DNA from: Octopus vulgaris
Lineage: Eukaryota
Direction of reading: 5' to 3'
Assembly (NCBI GenBank): GCA_951406725.2
Contig: OX597829.1
Location: 32,984,001-33,048,000 of the forward strand
DNA length: 64,000 nucleotides
Part shown: piece after piece, positions 50,524-63,265 of the stretch
Numbering within the stretch: the first letter of the stretch is position 1
Layout of the letters: each line of letters opens with the position of its first letter
Program-made: the position numbers and the translations under genes
Notes under the pieces: model-generated
What the model was told of the DNA's origin: nothing
The model's input: the letters and a program-made list of their open reading frames with translations, nothing else
The model's database searches: none

Positions 50524-51772
50524 CAGGGATTGGTCAAAATAATGGAAACACCTTAAAATTTCAAACAAATTTATGTTAATATGAGGTAGGGCCGCCTTTG
50601 GAAGTAATTACACCTTCAATTCTATGAGGTATGGACTTGTACAAAGTTTGAATTGTTTCCAAAGGAATTTTTGTCCATTTTGTTCAGCTAAAATAGTCTC
50701 AGTCTCCAGTTCTTGCAGTGAGGATGTTCTAAAATGCACCATAAATGTTCAATAATATTGAGATCTTGGGACTGTGGTGGTCAGATAAGATGTTCAACTT
50801 CACTTGAATGCTCCTCATGCCATTCAGTAACAACTTTAAATGTGTGAATCATCCTGTGCATTATCATCCTGAAAGATTGCATTACCTAGAAACGGTTCTG
50901 CAACCATAGGATGAATTTGATAAGATAAAATGCTTAGTCTTGACTATTAATTCTGCCATGAAGGGAAACCATCGGATCAGCAGATTTCCAAGATATAGCA
51001 CACACCCACCCACCCCACCCCGATCATCACAGATCCTCCTACATGTTTCACAGTTGGAAGGAGGCAGTCTGGGTCAAATGCTTCTTTTGGCTGACTCCAC
51101 ACATATACTCAGCCAGTGGTCAGAAATAAGGTAAAGGATGACTCGTCTGAGAAAATAACATTCTTCCAATGCTTTAAGGACCAATTCTATAGATTTTTAC
51201 TCCACTCTAAACACTTTGCAACGTTTGTTTTTGAAAGTAGTGGTTTTCTGATTGCAGCCTTCCTGTAAAATCCAACTTTGTGCAGCTCCCAGCAAACAGT
51301 TTTTGTGGAAACTGGGTTCTTGAGTTGGTCTTTAAGCTCTGCAGTAATTTTGGGAGCTGTACTTTTGTGCTCTTTTTAACAATTCATGTAAGAGTCCGAC
51401 AGTCCCTATCTGAAAGTTTTGGTTTTCTTCGAGAGTTTTGTTTCCCTCTTTCTCAAAGGCTGTCATTACTTTCGAGACAGTACTTCTTGATACACCAAAC
51501 ATTTCGGCTGTTTTCATTACGCTAGTGCCTGCCATACGAGCACCAACAATTTGAACTCTTTGAAAGTCCAATAGATCTGTCATTTTAATGAATTTTAATT
51601 GCCTTTCTTTGATAATATCTGGAAAGAAACAGCAATTTTAGCAAAACATATTAAGCAACACTAATAATAAATCAAATGACATAAAAATAAACAAGCTTTT
51701 GGCAGTTTTATAGATATTTCAAAATTATGATGCTATGATGCTAGGTGTTTCCGTTATTTTGTACGACCCCTG
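50524..51772 (-). mobile_element. Tc1-family DNA transposon with decayed transposase
   Basis: ~30-bp TIRs cagggattggtcaaaataatggaaacacct / aggtgtttccgttattttgtacgacccctg; TA on the left; HTH MTDLLDFQRVQIVGARMAG..GVSRSTVS; VIFSDESSF. Confidence 0.9.
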
Positions 51773-51809
51773 AATATATGTGTGTATATGTGTGTGTGTA
51801 TCCTTTTTA

Positions 51810-51851
<42 letters not shown>

Positions 51852-52958
51852 GGATTAAATAAAAGGACAACAAACGGAAAATATGACAGCCCGTCATTGA
51901 CAGTTATGTCGATTAATCTATATTTGTGACTGGTAACATGTGTGTGTGTGTATGTGCGTGCGTGCGTGTTAACTTTGTATCAGCAAGCAGCGATTTTTTC
52001 CTATTTAATCGTGAGCATATTCAGGTATAACTCGGCTCTTCCACATTTGATCTCATAGATGGATAGACTGATACACACATGCACACACACTCTATCTCTT
52101 TATCCTCTTGGAGATTTTGGGTAAAATTATACTAATGTGTCCTTCAAATTTAATTAAATTCTATGTTTTTGTGCAGCTGAAGATTGCTCTACAGTTTAAA
52201 TTGATGTAATGAATGCATTGTTCAATTAAATGGAGTCGCATGAAATGATCGAACTGCATTACCTCTGGATATCCTTGTTGCTTATTTTGATTTTAATCAC
52301 CTTATTTTAAATTGTATGGATAATACTGTACTAAATTATGGTGCCTCATCTTAAGTACCATATTCATATGAATCTAAATTTTTGCTGAACTCGTCTACCA
52401 TACCCAAAGTATATATATATTCCTAAGACCGCGCCTGAGATATTTGATTGCAAAACATTTCTGACTGCTATCCTGCACTGTGGAACAAAGTATTTATTGC
52501 CTTTTCAACATCATATTCAGTAGAGCAGGGTCTCCAGTACAGTTGCTCAGCTTCTTTCTAAACAAAGTAAAACCAGACTGAAAATTATTGAACGTGAGGC
52601 TCTAAGACTGCTTCTTAGTGTTTTTCCGCCTTATGTTGAGAAGTTGATATCCCTGTACAAAGTACATCCGTCGCAGTTAAAAAATGAAAGCAACGTAGTT
52701 ACAGATGAGATGCAAATTTACTCTTCCATACTGCAAAAGCAACAAATAATGGGTTAACTAAGTTAAGATTTATTTGTGAAATACAGTCGTTTTGAATTTT
52801 CAGTAGAAAGAGGTATATGCTATGATGTGGTGTGGTGGGGCAGGATTGAGGCGCTAAGAATGTGACCTGGGAGCCAAGAGAGAAGTCCGAAAAAGTATGG
52901 GAACCACTGATCTAAAGTAAAAATCCAGCAGCGTAGCAACTCAGGTTTTAAGTGTCTA

Positions 52959-53123
52959 GGATCTTTTCCTTAAACTACGTTAAACTTATAAATTACAATT
53001 TTCTCAAAAAAGCCAAGTGAAAATAATGTTTTCTTTTGACACATTCTACCAGTATACAAAGTTTCAAATTGTTTAGTTAACTAGAAATTGTGTTGAATTC
53101 CGTCCATCAAAAGGAAAAGATCC
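52959..53123. mobile_element. Internally deleted Merlin-type MITE
   Basis: ggatcttttcctt / aaggaaaagatcc; TSD agtgtcta / agtgcgta. Confidence 0.75.
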
Positions 53124-53475
53124 AGTGCGTATAACTTTAAAACACTCTGCCAAACAGCCTCAGAGATCTGCGAAATGTAGATGTTGATGTGTTCAAAGAA
53201 CATGTGGTCAAATTTTTGTCTGAGATACCAGATGGTCTCACATCGCAACAGAATACAAAGAAAAGCAGTTCTGTCCAAATCGCTACATCGCCAGAAAGAG
53301 TTCCTAAGAGAGCACCAGAAAGTGAATAGAAAGAAAAACTAATCACGCAAAAGGTTGTGCCCCAGCTTGGCCACAGCCTCTGACTGAAACCAATAGAAGT
53401 AAAAAGAAAATGGTAAAAAAGTAACTAACACTAAACAATGAATAATTGTAACTTGATGAGAAATTATGAAACTAT

Positions 53476-53848
53476 GGGTGTGTGGTAAGAAGCTTGCTTC
53501 CGTACCTCATGATTCCGGGTTCAGTCCCAGTATGTGGCACCTTGGGCATGTGTCTTCTACTATAGCCTCGGATTAACCAAAGCCTTGTAAATGGATTTTG
53601 TAGACTAAGAAACCCGTCATGTGTGTGTGTTAGAGTCAGTGTTTGTCACTTACTACTGTTTGACACCGGTGTTGGTGTGCTTACTTTCCCACTACTTAGC
53701 GCTTTGGCATGAAAAGGCCGTTAAAATAAGTACCAAGCTTTTAAAAAAATGTACTGAGGTCTCATTCATTCGATTAAAAATTCTTCAAGGCGGTGCTCCA
53801 GCATGGCCGCAGTCTAATGACTGAAACAAGTGAAAAGAAAAAGATAAA
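53476..53848 (+). mobile_element. tRNA-derived SINE (second family)
   Basis: tgtggtaagaag A-box, gggttcagtccc B-box, ggcaccttgggc core, ccagcatggccgcag..tgactgaaacaag tail. Confidence 0.75.
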
Positions 53849-54464
53849 ACACGGTTTAACTTTTTGTCTCAGAAAAATAAATAATATTCTTGGTGAAAGA
53901 AGGCTTATAAGATGTAAAAGGAATAAAGTTGGAAAATAAGAATAAATGAAATAAATGGAATATTTATAGATGTTAAAATTTAAGAAAGTATGTTATTGTC
54001 AAGGGAAATAACTCTCATGGTTATCTCCCTTGTGTAATTGCTCGTGTTGGCAAATAATAAAGTAATATGTTGGTTAAGTGTCAGATTCATTAAAACGTTG
54101 AACAAAATACGCAGCAGTTACGCATTTCTTGTCTGGGTTCAAATTTCATCGTAGTCTATTTCACCTTTCATTTTTGGGTGGTTGTAGCCATCTCACATAG
54201 CTACGTTCAAATCTATGGCATTATGACCTCCTGTTGACTTTGTGTCCTCAAGAGAATCTGAACGCTGTCACTTCAGTGCTACTGCTACCATGTAGTCCAG
54301 TACAACCTGTTACGTGGTCGGGTCGTAGGCGAGTAAACTGGCAACCCCACCAGGCTTGCTTGGTGAGGCGGGTGCTTGTTGGACACCCTGCAGGACAAAA
54401 AATAAGGGCCGTCAAAGAGCGGAAGAACTACAGTGTTGTCAACAACCATCCAGCATCTAGCAAC

Positions 54465-54566
54465 GTGTGTGTGGAGGGTTTTGTGCATGTGTGTATATGT
54501 GTGTATGTGTGTGTGTGCATTGTGTGTATTGCATTTGAAACTCTGTGTGTGTGCGCGCACGCGCGC

Positions 54567-54611
<45 letters not shown>

Positions 54612-54641
54612 CGTGTGTGTGAGTGTGTGTGTGTGTGTGTA
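54465..54641. repeat. (TG)n/(GC)n microsatellite
   Basis: Direct reading. Confidence 0.9.
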
Positions 54642-54789
54642 AAATGTACATATTGTATTGTCACTGTTCTCTGTCTCAGCCGAGGCATTGTATCCCAGAA
54701 GAAGCGGAAGAACCATTTAGTCAATGGCTCAAATGGAGTTTTGTGATCATTGGGACCCCAGTTTGGTTAATGACCAAGCAAAGGCATAT

Positions 54790-57700
54790 GAACTAGTCTA
54801 CTCGTCATCGTCTATCAATGGGTGCGACTCCCTGATATCGCTCTGCTGCCTTGTGTATAGACTTTTTAATCAAAGGCTCCGGGTGGGGCCTCCTAAGCTA
54901 ACCCTCTACTCCGGCCTAGGCAACCGGGTAGTATACGCCTACTGAAAACCATGGATCCTTTTTTCTCTTTCACCATGGTTTGGATGGCACGGGCAGGAGA
55001 GTCTCGTCAGCCATGGTTGGCAACCCTCCCTGGAGAGTATAACTCCAACTTCAAACCTACGGCCCGAGGATCTCACTGTCACCATCCCAGCTCGCTAGAC
55101 CATGGCAGATGAACCTCGTGCTTAAAGGGTGGGGCCAGTTTGCGTGCACCGCACTTTACCTTAAAACTCCTTGGCGCAGGCCAAAGGACATGTCCACTTT
55201 CTGTGACCAGCCATTCTAAAAGCCCTGCAGCGATGGGAAAGGAGCGAAAGCGGCAAGTGGAAGATGTTACTGGAAGCCGCAGTCTCAATCCTACATGTAG
55301 GTGGCTCAAGACTTTGGTTGCCTGGTTGTTGACCCGGAGGCGTCCGACACCACTCGGCAGCATCCTGAGCGACCAGGTAGCCCTATTTAGGGAGAGCACT
55401 GCCTGCTCCACATGGAGAGGGGCGGTAGAAAAGGTTCGCCTAAACAAAGCTTGTCTCCTCTATACCGCAGTCAACGAGCATCTTCAGAGCAGTCGAACAA
55501 ACATGGAAACAAAACCGAACAAAAGTAAGCAGGAGTTGAAAGTTGCCGGCTGGAATGTCAGGACCATGCTTGACAAGGCTGCCAGCAGCCGCCCAGAACG
55601 TCGTTCGGCTCTCATAGCCCATGAACTCTCCCGTCTCAACATTGACATAGCAGCTATCAGCGAGGTCCGCTTCGCCGACGAGAGCAGCCTCAAAGAACGC
55701 GGCGCTGGCTACACCCTCTTCTGGTCCGGAAAACCATCATCTAAAAAACGTGTGTCGGGCGTAGGACTCATGGTGAGGAATTCCATCACCTCCAAACTGG
55801 AAACGTTACCCACGGTCCACTAGGACCGCATCATATCCATGCGTTTACCACTGGAGAGCAAACAACATCTCACGCTCTTCGGCTGATCCTGCGGACAAAG
55901 ACAGCTTCTATTCTGATCTGTGCAGATTCTTGAACAACACCCCTGCAAACGACAAGGTCCTGATCCTTAGCGACTTCAACCCAAGAGTTGGGAGGGACTC
56001 TGAGGCTCAGAAAGGAGTCCTTGGAAGACACGGCACTGGTGGTTGTAATGACAACGGGCACCTCCTGCTCGAGTTCTGCACAGAGCACCAACTTGCTATT
56101 ACCAACACAATCTTCCAACAGAAAGACCATCTGAAAACAACTTGGATGCATCCTCAGTCCAAACATTGGCATCTACTTGACTATGTGCTTGTGCGCCAGC
56201 AGGACCTGAAAGACGTTCTACACACAAGAGTGATACCCAGTGCAGAGTTCCACTCCGACCATCGCCTTGTCCGCTACAAGCTCAAACTGCAGTTCAAACC
56301 CAAACCCAAGAAGAAAGGTAACCCCGTAAAGAAACTCAATGTCGACAGCTTGTGCCGGGAGGAAGTGAAAATCAAGTTCCAAGCAAACCTGCAGCAAAGA
56401 CTAGACGAATCCCCCTGCACTGATGACACCACCCCAGACACCTTGTGGGAGAACCTGTAATCAGCCATCCTTAAGACATCTATGAAAGTTCTCGGGAACA
56501 CAAAGAAGAAAAACAAGGACTGGTTCGATTAAAATGACAAGGAGATCCAGGAATTACTAAGGCAGCTCATCAGGCCCACCTCGCACAACCAGCATGTCGT
56601 GTAAAGAAAACTATCTTTCGACGCGCATGCAGCACCCTACAGCGAAAACTCAGAGAAATGCAGAACGAATGGTGGGACCACCTTGCGTGGACAACCCAGC
56701 TGTGCGCTGACCTCGGCGACTATAGAGGCTTCTATGAGGCTCTGAAAGCATGTATGGCCCCCACCCACCTGGTCCAGAGCCCCCTGCGCAGTTCATATGG
56801 ACAGGACCTCCTCACCGATAACACCTCCACCCTCGCTCGCTGGGCCGAGCACTTCCAAAGCCTCTTTAGTGCTAACCGTACCGTACAGGACGCTGCCATC
56901 CATCGCATTCCTCAACTTCCACTCAAAGAGGAGCTCAACGAACCACCCACCCTCGAAGAAATGATTGAAGCCATAGGACAACTCAAGAGTCGCAAAGCAG
57001 CAGGAGTTGACGGCACCCCACCAGAAATCTGTTAGAATGGAGGTCCGACGCTCCATGATTTTCTTGTCTGCTGCTGGGAGCAAAGCAAGCTGCCACAAGA
57101 TCTTCGCGATGCTGTCATCATAAACCTGTACAAGAACAAGGGTGAAAAGTCTGACTACTCCAACTACCGGGGAATCACCCTACTCTCCATCGCCGGCAAA
57201 GTACTTGCCAGGATCAACCATCGCTGAAGAAAACCTCCCCGAGAGCCAGTGTGGCTTCAGAGCCAACAGAGGCACGATGGATATGGTGTTCGTCCTCCGC
57301 CAACTCCAGGAGAAGTGCCGAGAACAAAACAGGGGACTCTATGCTACTTTTGTCGACCTCACAAAAGCATTTGACACAGTGAGCAGGACAGGACTATGGC
57401 TCATCCTGGAACGACTTGGCTGTCCTACCAAGTTTCTACAGATGGTGATCCAGCTGCACGAGAATCAGCGTGGTCAGATCAGACTCAATGGTGACCTGTC
57501 GGAGTCCTTCCCCATCTCCAATGGCGTGAAGCAGGGTTGTGTCCTGGCACTGACTCTCTTCAGCATCTTCTTCAGCATGATGATCAAGCATGCAACTGAA
57601 GATATGGAGGATGAGGATGGGGTGTATGTTAGGTATCGTCTGGATGGCGCCTCCAAGCCCACACCAAGACCCAGGATGGCAGCCTCTTCAATCTACCGCG

Positions 57701-58734
57701 CCTCCAAGCCCATACCAAGACCCAGGAGAGGTTGATCAGAGACCTTCTCTTCACAGACGACGCTGTCCTTGTCGCCCACACAGAGCAAGCTCTGCAGCGC
57801 ATCACGTCCTGCTTTGCAGATGCCACGCGGCTCTTTAGCCTGGAGGTCAGCCTCAAGAAGACAGAGGTACTTCACCAAGAGGAATACCGCCCATCCCACA
57901 TCACTATCTGCGGTACCGAACTGAAATCAACTCAGCAGTTTACATACCTGGGCTGCATCATCTCATTCGATGCAAGGATCGACAAAGAAATTGAAAATAG
58001 ACTCTCTAAGGCAAATAGGTCCTTTGGCAGATTGTACAAACGTGTTTAGCACAATAATAACCTGAAGAACAAAACAAAGATTAGTGTCAATAGGGCCGTG
58101 GTTCTCACCACTCTTCTCTATGGCTCAGAGACCTGGGTCACTTACAACAGTCACATCCGTCTCCTCAAGCGATTCCACCAGCGATGTCTCCACACCATCC
58201 TCAACATACACAGGTGTGACTTCATCACAAACATTGAAGTCTTGGAGCGGGTCGAGGTCCCCAGCATTGAAGCCATGCTACTGAGGTCCCACCTCCGAAG
58301 GGCAGGGAATGTCTCCAGAATGGAGAACCATCGCCTTCCAAAGATTGCCCTGTTTGGCGAACTCTCCACCGGCCACCGTGTGAGAGGAGCTCCGAGGAAG
58401 CGCTACAAAGACTGCCTCAAGAAGTCTCTAACAGCATGTCATATTGACCACCAATGCTGGTCAGACCTGGCTGCGGACCGTGATGTCTGGCGTCACACGA
58501 TCTTCAACGCAGTCAGCGAGTTTGAGGAACAAAGAAGAGATGCGCTTAAAGACAAGAGACGCAGAAGGAAGACGCGAGCCGCCTCTGACACCACATCGCA
58601 TGTTACCTTCGTTCGTGGACACTGCTCACGGACCTGCCTTTCCCGTATCGGACTTGTCAGATATGAGCGTGCATGCACACGACGTGGACAGTGTTCCTGA
58701 TCTTCGTTCGCGAAGCCGAGTCATGATGATGATG
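54790..58734 (+). mobile_element. Full-length but disrupted BovB-like RTE LINE
   Basis: ORF from ATG 55503 (WNVRTM, RSALIAHEL, ESQCGFR, GVKQG, LFTDD, FTYLG) to 58700, with many stops and shifts; (ATG)n tail. The 5' end is approximate. Confidence 0.9.
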
Positions 58735-60039
58735 AATTACCGCTAAACTCCATTTACTATTGTTTATAATTTAGGCACAAGGGCAACAATTTTTAGAAGA
58801 GGAGATTATTCCATTGGTACTTTATTTTACAGATCTCACAAAGATGATAGGTAAATTTGATCTCGGCGGAATTTGAAAGCATTTTATCCGATGTTCTAAC
58901 AAGTCTGCCCGAAACTTCATTTACAATATGCTCTTTTCCAAAATCAAAATTAAAATTAGCAATGCCTCTAAAACATATTAGGCTGCAAAGTATTTTCTTT
59001 GTCCATTTTTATTAATAAAAAAACAGCTATGTTATAACCTTTTTAATATTTTAAATTTGTTTTTATTACTGTATATACTCGAATAATAGTCGATCTCATG
59101 TAAAAGTTGAGCCTCTATTTTTGGCCAAAAAACTAAATTTTCTATAGACCCCGTATAAAAGTCGACCCTACTATTTCACGAATTACAAGACAACATTTGT
59201 GGGTCAAGGTACCGTATTATGCTGTATGTAGAAATAACAGTGGAACTGGAGGATAGTCACTCTGTCCCCTAAACTGACTTTTTCGATTTTTTTTTTTTCA
59301 CCGGGTTCCTATGTTTTCGATGACGGAGATTTCGAATATGCAAAAAACTACGTTTTTAAATTTTTTAATTCCCCTTCCCCATCAATTTTTAATTTCTAAC
59401 TTTTTTTCAGAATTTTTCTTTTAATCAACGTGGGAAAATACGGAGATTAAGAATATGGGGGGAAAAAATCTTAATTTCAAATTTTTTATGAAAAACTCCA
59501 AAACTGATCCACACCTCCATCTCGCTGTCAAAGAGTGAAAATGAACGGCTGTTTATTCCTTTTCCGCATGCGTAGATTTATAGTGAAGCCCTCACCACAA
59601 AATAGCTAAATTTCCGGAGAATTTCTGTACTTGTGGTTGCGCGCTCGCGCAACAATTTCTACAGCTTATCCAAATAACAGAGAAAGACGTACACAAAATA
59701 TATTTTACATACCTGTCGTATACATCGATTTTGTTTCTTTCGCTTTCTGATAGAAGTAATTATTTTGCTGTCATTTCATTGGATTAATCCCAACAAAGTA
59801 CTACAAGTTTAGTCACCGGTTCAGCACCTATGTTTGTGTCCTTTATTCCAAAATGATAAAAATTTTAACATACTTCCAAAATGGGACTTAGTCTATGTGT
59901 ATCCGCGTACGTATATGTACATGTGTGTGTGGTGAGGGGGGTAGGGGTGCGCAAGAAAAGCATTTACGGAAATGTACTCATAAAATAAGTTGTCTTTATA
60001 TGCCACGCTTGCAATTCTCCATATAAACGTGTGTAGTGA

Positions 60040-60400
60040 TACTATAACGGTGCGCGCGCGCGCACCGTCCATTTTCTACTTCGCGCGTGTTGGTGCCTTC
60101 ACCAAGGCACAGAAAGGAAGGGCCCTCTCGCGCATGCGCGAACCACCGGAAGCACGACCCTTTTGCCTACCTGGTGGTTAGCCAAGGTAAGGGGGTCGTA
60201 GAACGTTTGACCGCTGGCAGCAGCAGCGGCGACTTGGGACGGCAGCGATTGAAGGAGACGGTCACGCATATTTTCTCTCCGTTCGAACTTGCTTCTAGCA
60301 GTCCTTACCAAAAGGCCTTTAACCAAAATTGTTGCAGACCAACATCGTCTCCATTGTTCGACGCCATCTTGAACCCGTTCTGTTTTTGCGGCTGAATATT
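60040..60400 (-). promoter_or_regulatory. CpG-rich promoter / first-exon-like segment
   Basis: tcgcgcatgcgcga (NRF1-type) at 60128, ccggaag (ETS) at 60146, aagATGgcg (YY1-type) on the minus strand at 60362-60370, and a gtaag donor at 60304-60308. Confidence 0.5.
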
Positions 60401-61116
60401 GTAAATATTACAATCGATTAACTTTCAGCCTTGCGCGCCCAGAACCAAGGACATCAGATAACACACTTATTGTTACTTATATATTACACTTATATATTAC
60501 GTTTGCGTCTTGTTGTTTCTGACTGGTAGAATTCTGGATTATTAAAGCAACGGCTAGTGAGTGATTGCTTTCTTGTACCCCGAAAGTACAAGACAAGATA
60601 TTCACTCACACGATAAGTTCGTTACACGTGTATCAAATGAAATCAAAATCCTGGTTCTATGACAGATCGATCAAGTTATTAAAGTTTTACCGTTGTTGGT
60701 AACAACATATTCTCTCATTTAATTGAATATTGAAAAAGAGAGAAAATGGAAGGGAAATTAATTTTTGCGGTAACGACTAAACCCCTTGATTCATTAAAAA
60801 GAAATTCAGAGGTGTAACATTGCGCAAGTTCACTTCCATAAAAAATAATTGTTTCTATCAGAATCGTTTACCTTTAAAGCGAAAAACCAAAACCGACGCA
60901 TACGACGGGTATGTAAAATATATTTTGTATACTTTTTTCTCTGTTCATTCGGATAAGCGTGCACCCACAAGCACAAAAATTCTCAGGACATTTAGCTGTT
61001 ATTTTTAGCATATTGAGTTTCGTGGGACGTAAAGCAAGATAGAGATGTATGTGCAAAGCTTGACACACACACGTGTTAATACACTCGCGTATACACATAA
61101 GTAAATATATATAGGA

Positions 61117-61203
61117 TTTTAGGGTTAGGGTTTTAGGGTTAGGGTTAAGGTTTTAGGGTTACGGTTAGGGTTACGGTTGGGGGGTTTGGGTTACGGTTAC
61201 GGG
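61117..61203 (+). repeat. Degenerate (TTAGGG)n tract, inside a probable Merlin-type remnant ending at 61779
   Basis: ttagggttagggttttagggttagg...; aaggaaaagatcc terminus at 61779. Confidence 0.8.
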
Positions 61204-61886
61204 AAGAAGTGAAAAATGAAGAAATTGGAGGGGAGGAGTAAGGAGGGGTCAAAAAATTTCAAAATTCTGATTTTTGGCAATTTTCCGGAATCTTCGTATC
61301 CGAAAAGCTGGGTTTTCGGCAACAAAATTTTTTTTAAAAAACAATAATTTGTGAGAAAATGAGATAGGAGGAAGTCTTTTCGAAAATAGTAGCTGAAAAA
61401 CAGGGAAAAAAATCTAAAAGCAGTAGAAATGCACGAAAGTTTATGGTGGTATCGTGAAGTAAACGTGCTTCAGATACACTCGTTTATTCATACGAACGTA
61501 ATTGAGATGAATATGTCATAAATAACAGTGACAAACGAAATAATCACCGCCGGAAGTTGTTGTTGACAAACAACAGCAGTAACTTTATTCAGCTCAATAG
61601 ACGTCATTGATTGGTTGAAATTAGCCAAACACGACAATTTTAACACTGAATAACTTCGAAAATACAAACTTTTCTCAACAACGCTTTGAGTAAAATATGT
61701 TTTATATGACATATTCTATCAGTTTCCGAAGTTTGAAAAGAATTAATTTATCGACATGCCGATCAAAAGGAAAAGATCCTTTTGGAGTTTTTCATAAAAA
61801 ATTTGAAATGTAAATTTGCCCCCCCCCCCCCCCCGATATTCTTAATCTCCCTATTTTTCCACGTAGACTGAAAAAAAAATTCGAAA

Positions 61887-62003
61887 AAATTTAAAAGTTA
61901 AAAATTAGGGGTGGAGATTTAAATTAAATTTAAAAGTTAAAAATTAGGGGTGGAGATTTAAATTAAATTTAAAAGTTAAAAATTAGGGGTGGAGATTTAA
62001 ATT
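61887..62003 (+). repeat. 39-bp tandem repeat x3 inside the right TIR
   Basis: aaatttaaaagttaaaaattaggggtggagatttaaatt. Confidence 0.9.
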
Positions 62004-62503
62004 TTTTTTTTTTTTTTTTTTTTTGCATATTCGGAATTTCCGTCATCGAAAACATAGGAATACGGTGAAAAAAAAATCGGAAAGGTCAGTTTAGGGGACA
62101 GAGTGACTATCCTCTAGTTCCACTGGAATAACACTTACAAAATTATGTGGCTACCTTATTGTAGCCTGCTCAATGGGAGGAACGCTTCATGCTTATAATG
62201 GCATGTTCGGTGCTTATAGTAAAACACAATCTAATTGCGAGCACTACACATCTGTTAATGGGTGCTACATCATTATTACTAAAATGTATGCACATGATAT
62301 GCTGCAAGCCTGCATATATCGGAAAGACTTCCACCCGTCCCCACCTCCCATTTTCTCCCAAATTTATTTATTTATTTTTGTAATTTTTTTTTTTTTTTGC
62401 CTAAGATCCCCGTTTTCGGATACGGAGGTTCCGGAAAATTGCCAAAAATCGGCATTGTGAAATCCCCCCTTCCCCTTTCTTCAATTTTGACTTTTTCCCC
62501 AAC

Positions 62504-62588
62504 ACCCTAAAACCATAACCCTAATCCTAACACTAACCTTAAAACCCTAATCCTAACCCTAAAACCCTAACCCTAAAACCGTAACCGT
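62504..62588 (-). repeat. Degenerate (CCCTAA)n tract; 62410-62590 is an inverted relative of 61115-61310
   Basis: ccctaaaacc..ccctaaccctaaaacc; ttccggaaaattgccaaaaatc mirrors gatttttggcaattttccggaa. Confidence 0.75.
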
Positions 62589-62976
62589 AAGTACAGAAAT
62601 GTTTGGAAATTTTTGTCCGAATCATGATGTCCGTATTTTTCCGCATATTTAGAAAACAAAAATTCTTTAAAAAAAATTTACAAGCATTTTTGGAAATTTT
62701 TTTCAGAATCATAATCTCCGTGTTTTCCCGCATATTTTGAAGGAAAAAAATTGTGAAAAAAAGTTTAAAATGAAGGAAATGGGGGTGGGGATGATAATTT
62801 AGAAATGTCGATTTTTGCCAATTTTTTTGCAGATTCGTATTCCCCGTAGCCGAAAGGGAAGGTTTATGTATAAAAAAAAAATTTTAAGGGTGGTTTGGGG
62901 GGGGGGAGTGAGGACGGGCGGAAGTCTTGTCCATATATCTTCAAGCACAATTGTGTCATACATTCGTTGTTTACAT

Positions 62977-63265
62977 GGTGAGAAACGTGTTTCACAGACA
63001 GCACTATTGGCGAACACTGGCAAACGCCACTGTCTGAATTCGTACAAAGGCATGTCTTTGATTAGCCTAAAAACATTCAATTAATCGCTATATCAGTGGT
63101 TTCCGTGCGACCTCTGTACTTTCTTCATCTCCAAATACAATAAACATGTGTCATACGCCCATCTGTTTTTGTGGTGAGAAACGTGTTTCACTAACAGCAC
63201 TATCGGCGAACAGCAGCAAACACCACTGCACGAATTCGTAGAGGCATGACTTCGGTAAACCTAAG
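62977..63265 (+). repeat. ~95-bp direct repeat x2
   Basis: ggtgagaaacgtgtttcac..cagcactat.ggcgaaca..ccactg..gaattcgta at ~62978 and ~63173. Confidence 0.75.

Larger units (their letters stand above)
59238..62125. mobile_element. 2.9-kb non-autonomous DNA transposon with ~265-345 bp TIRs
   Basis: cagtggaactggaggatagtcactctgtcccctaaactgac / gtcagtttaggggacagagtgactatcctctagttccactg; imperfect TSD gaaataa / gaataa. Confidence 0.85.

Noticed and set aside
54234-54746. ORFs of 64-170 aa
   Set aside because: Artifacts of (TG)n microsatellites, as are similar ORFs at 14.7, 46.2 and 48.8 kb.
54790-55500. HDV-like ribozyme in the RTE 5' UTR (known for the clade)
   Set aside because: A complete nested double pseudoknot could not be assembled by eye; a descriptor search is needed.
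57643-57724. Novel insert in RT
   Set aside because: A simple local duplication (cgcctccaagccca.accaagacccagga) in a dead copy.
61117-61203. True telomere
   Set aside because: Short, degenerate, internal and inside a TIR element.
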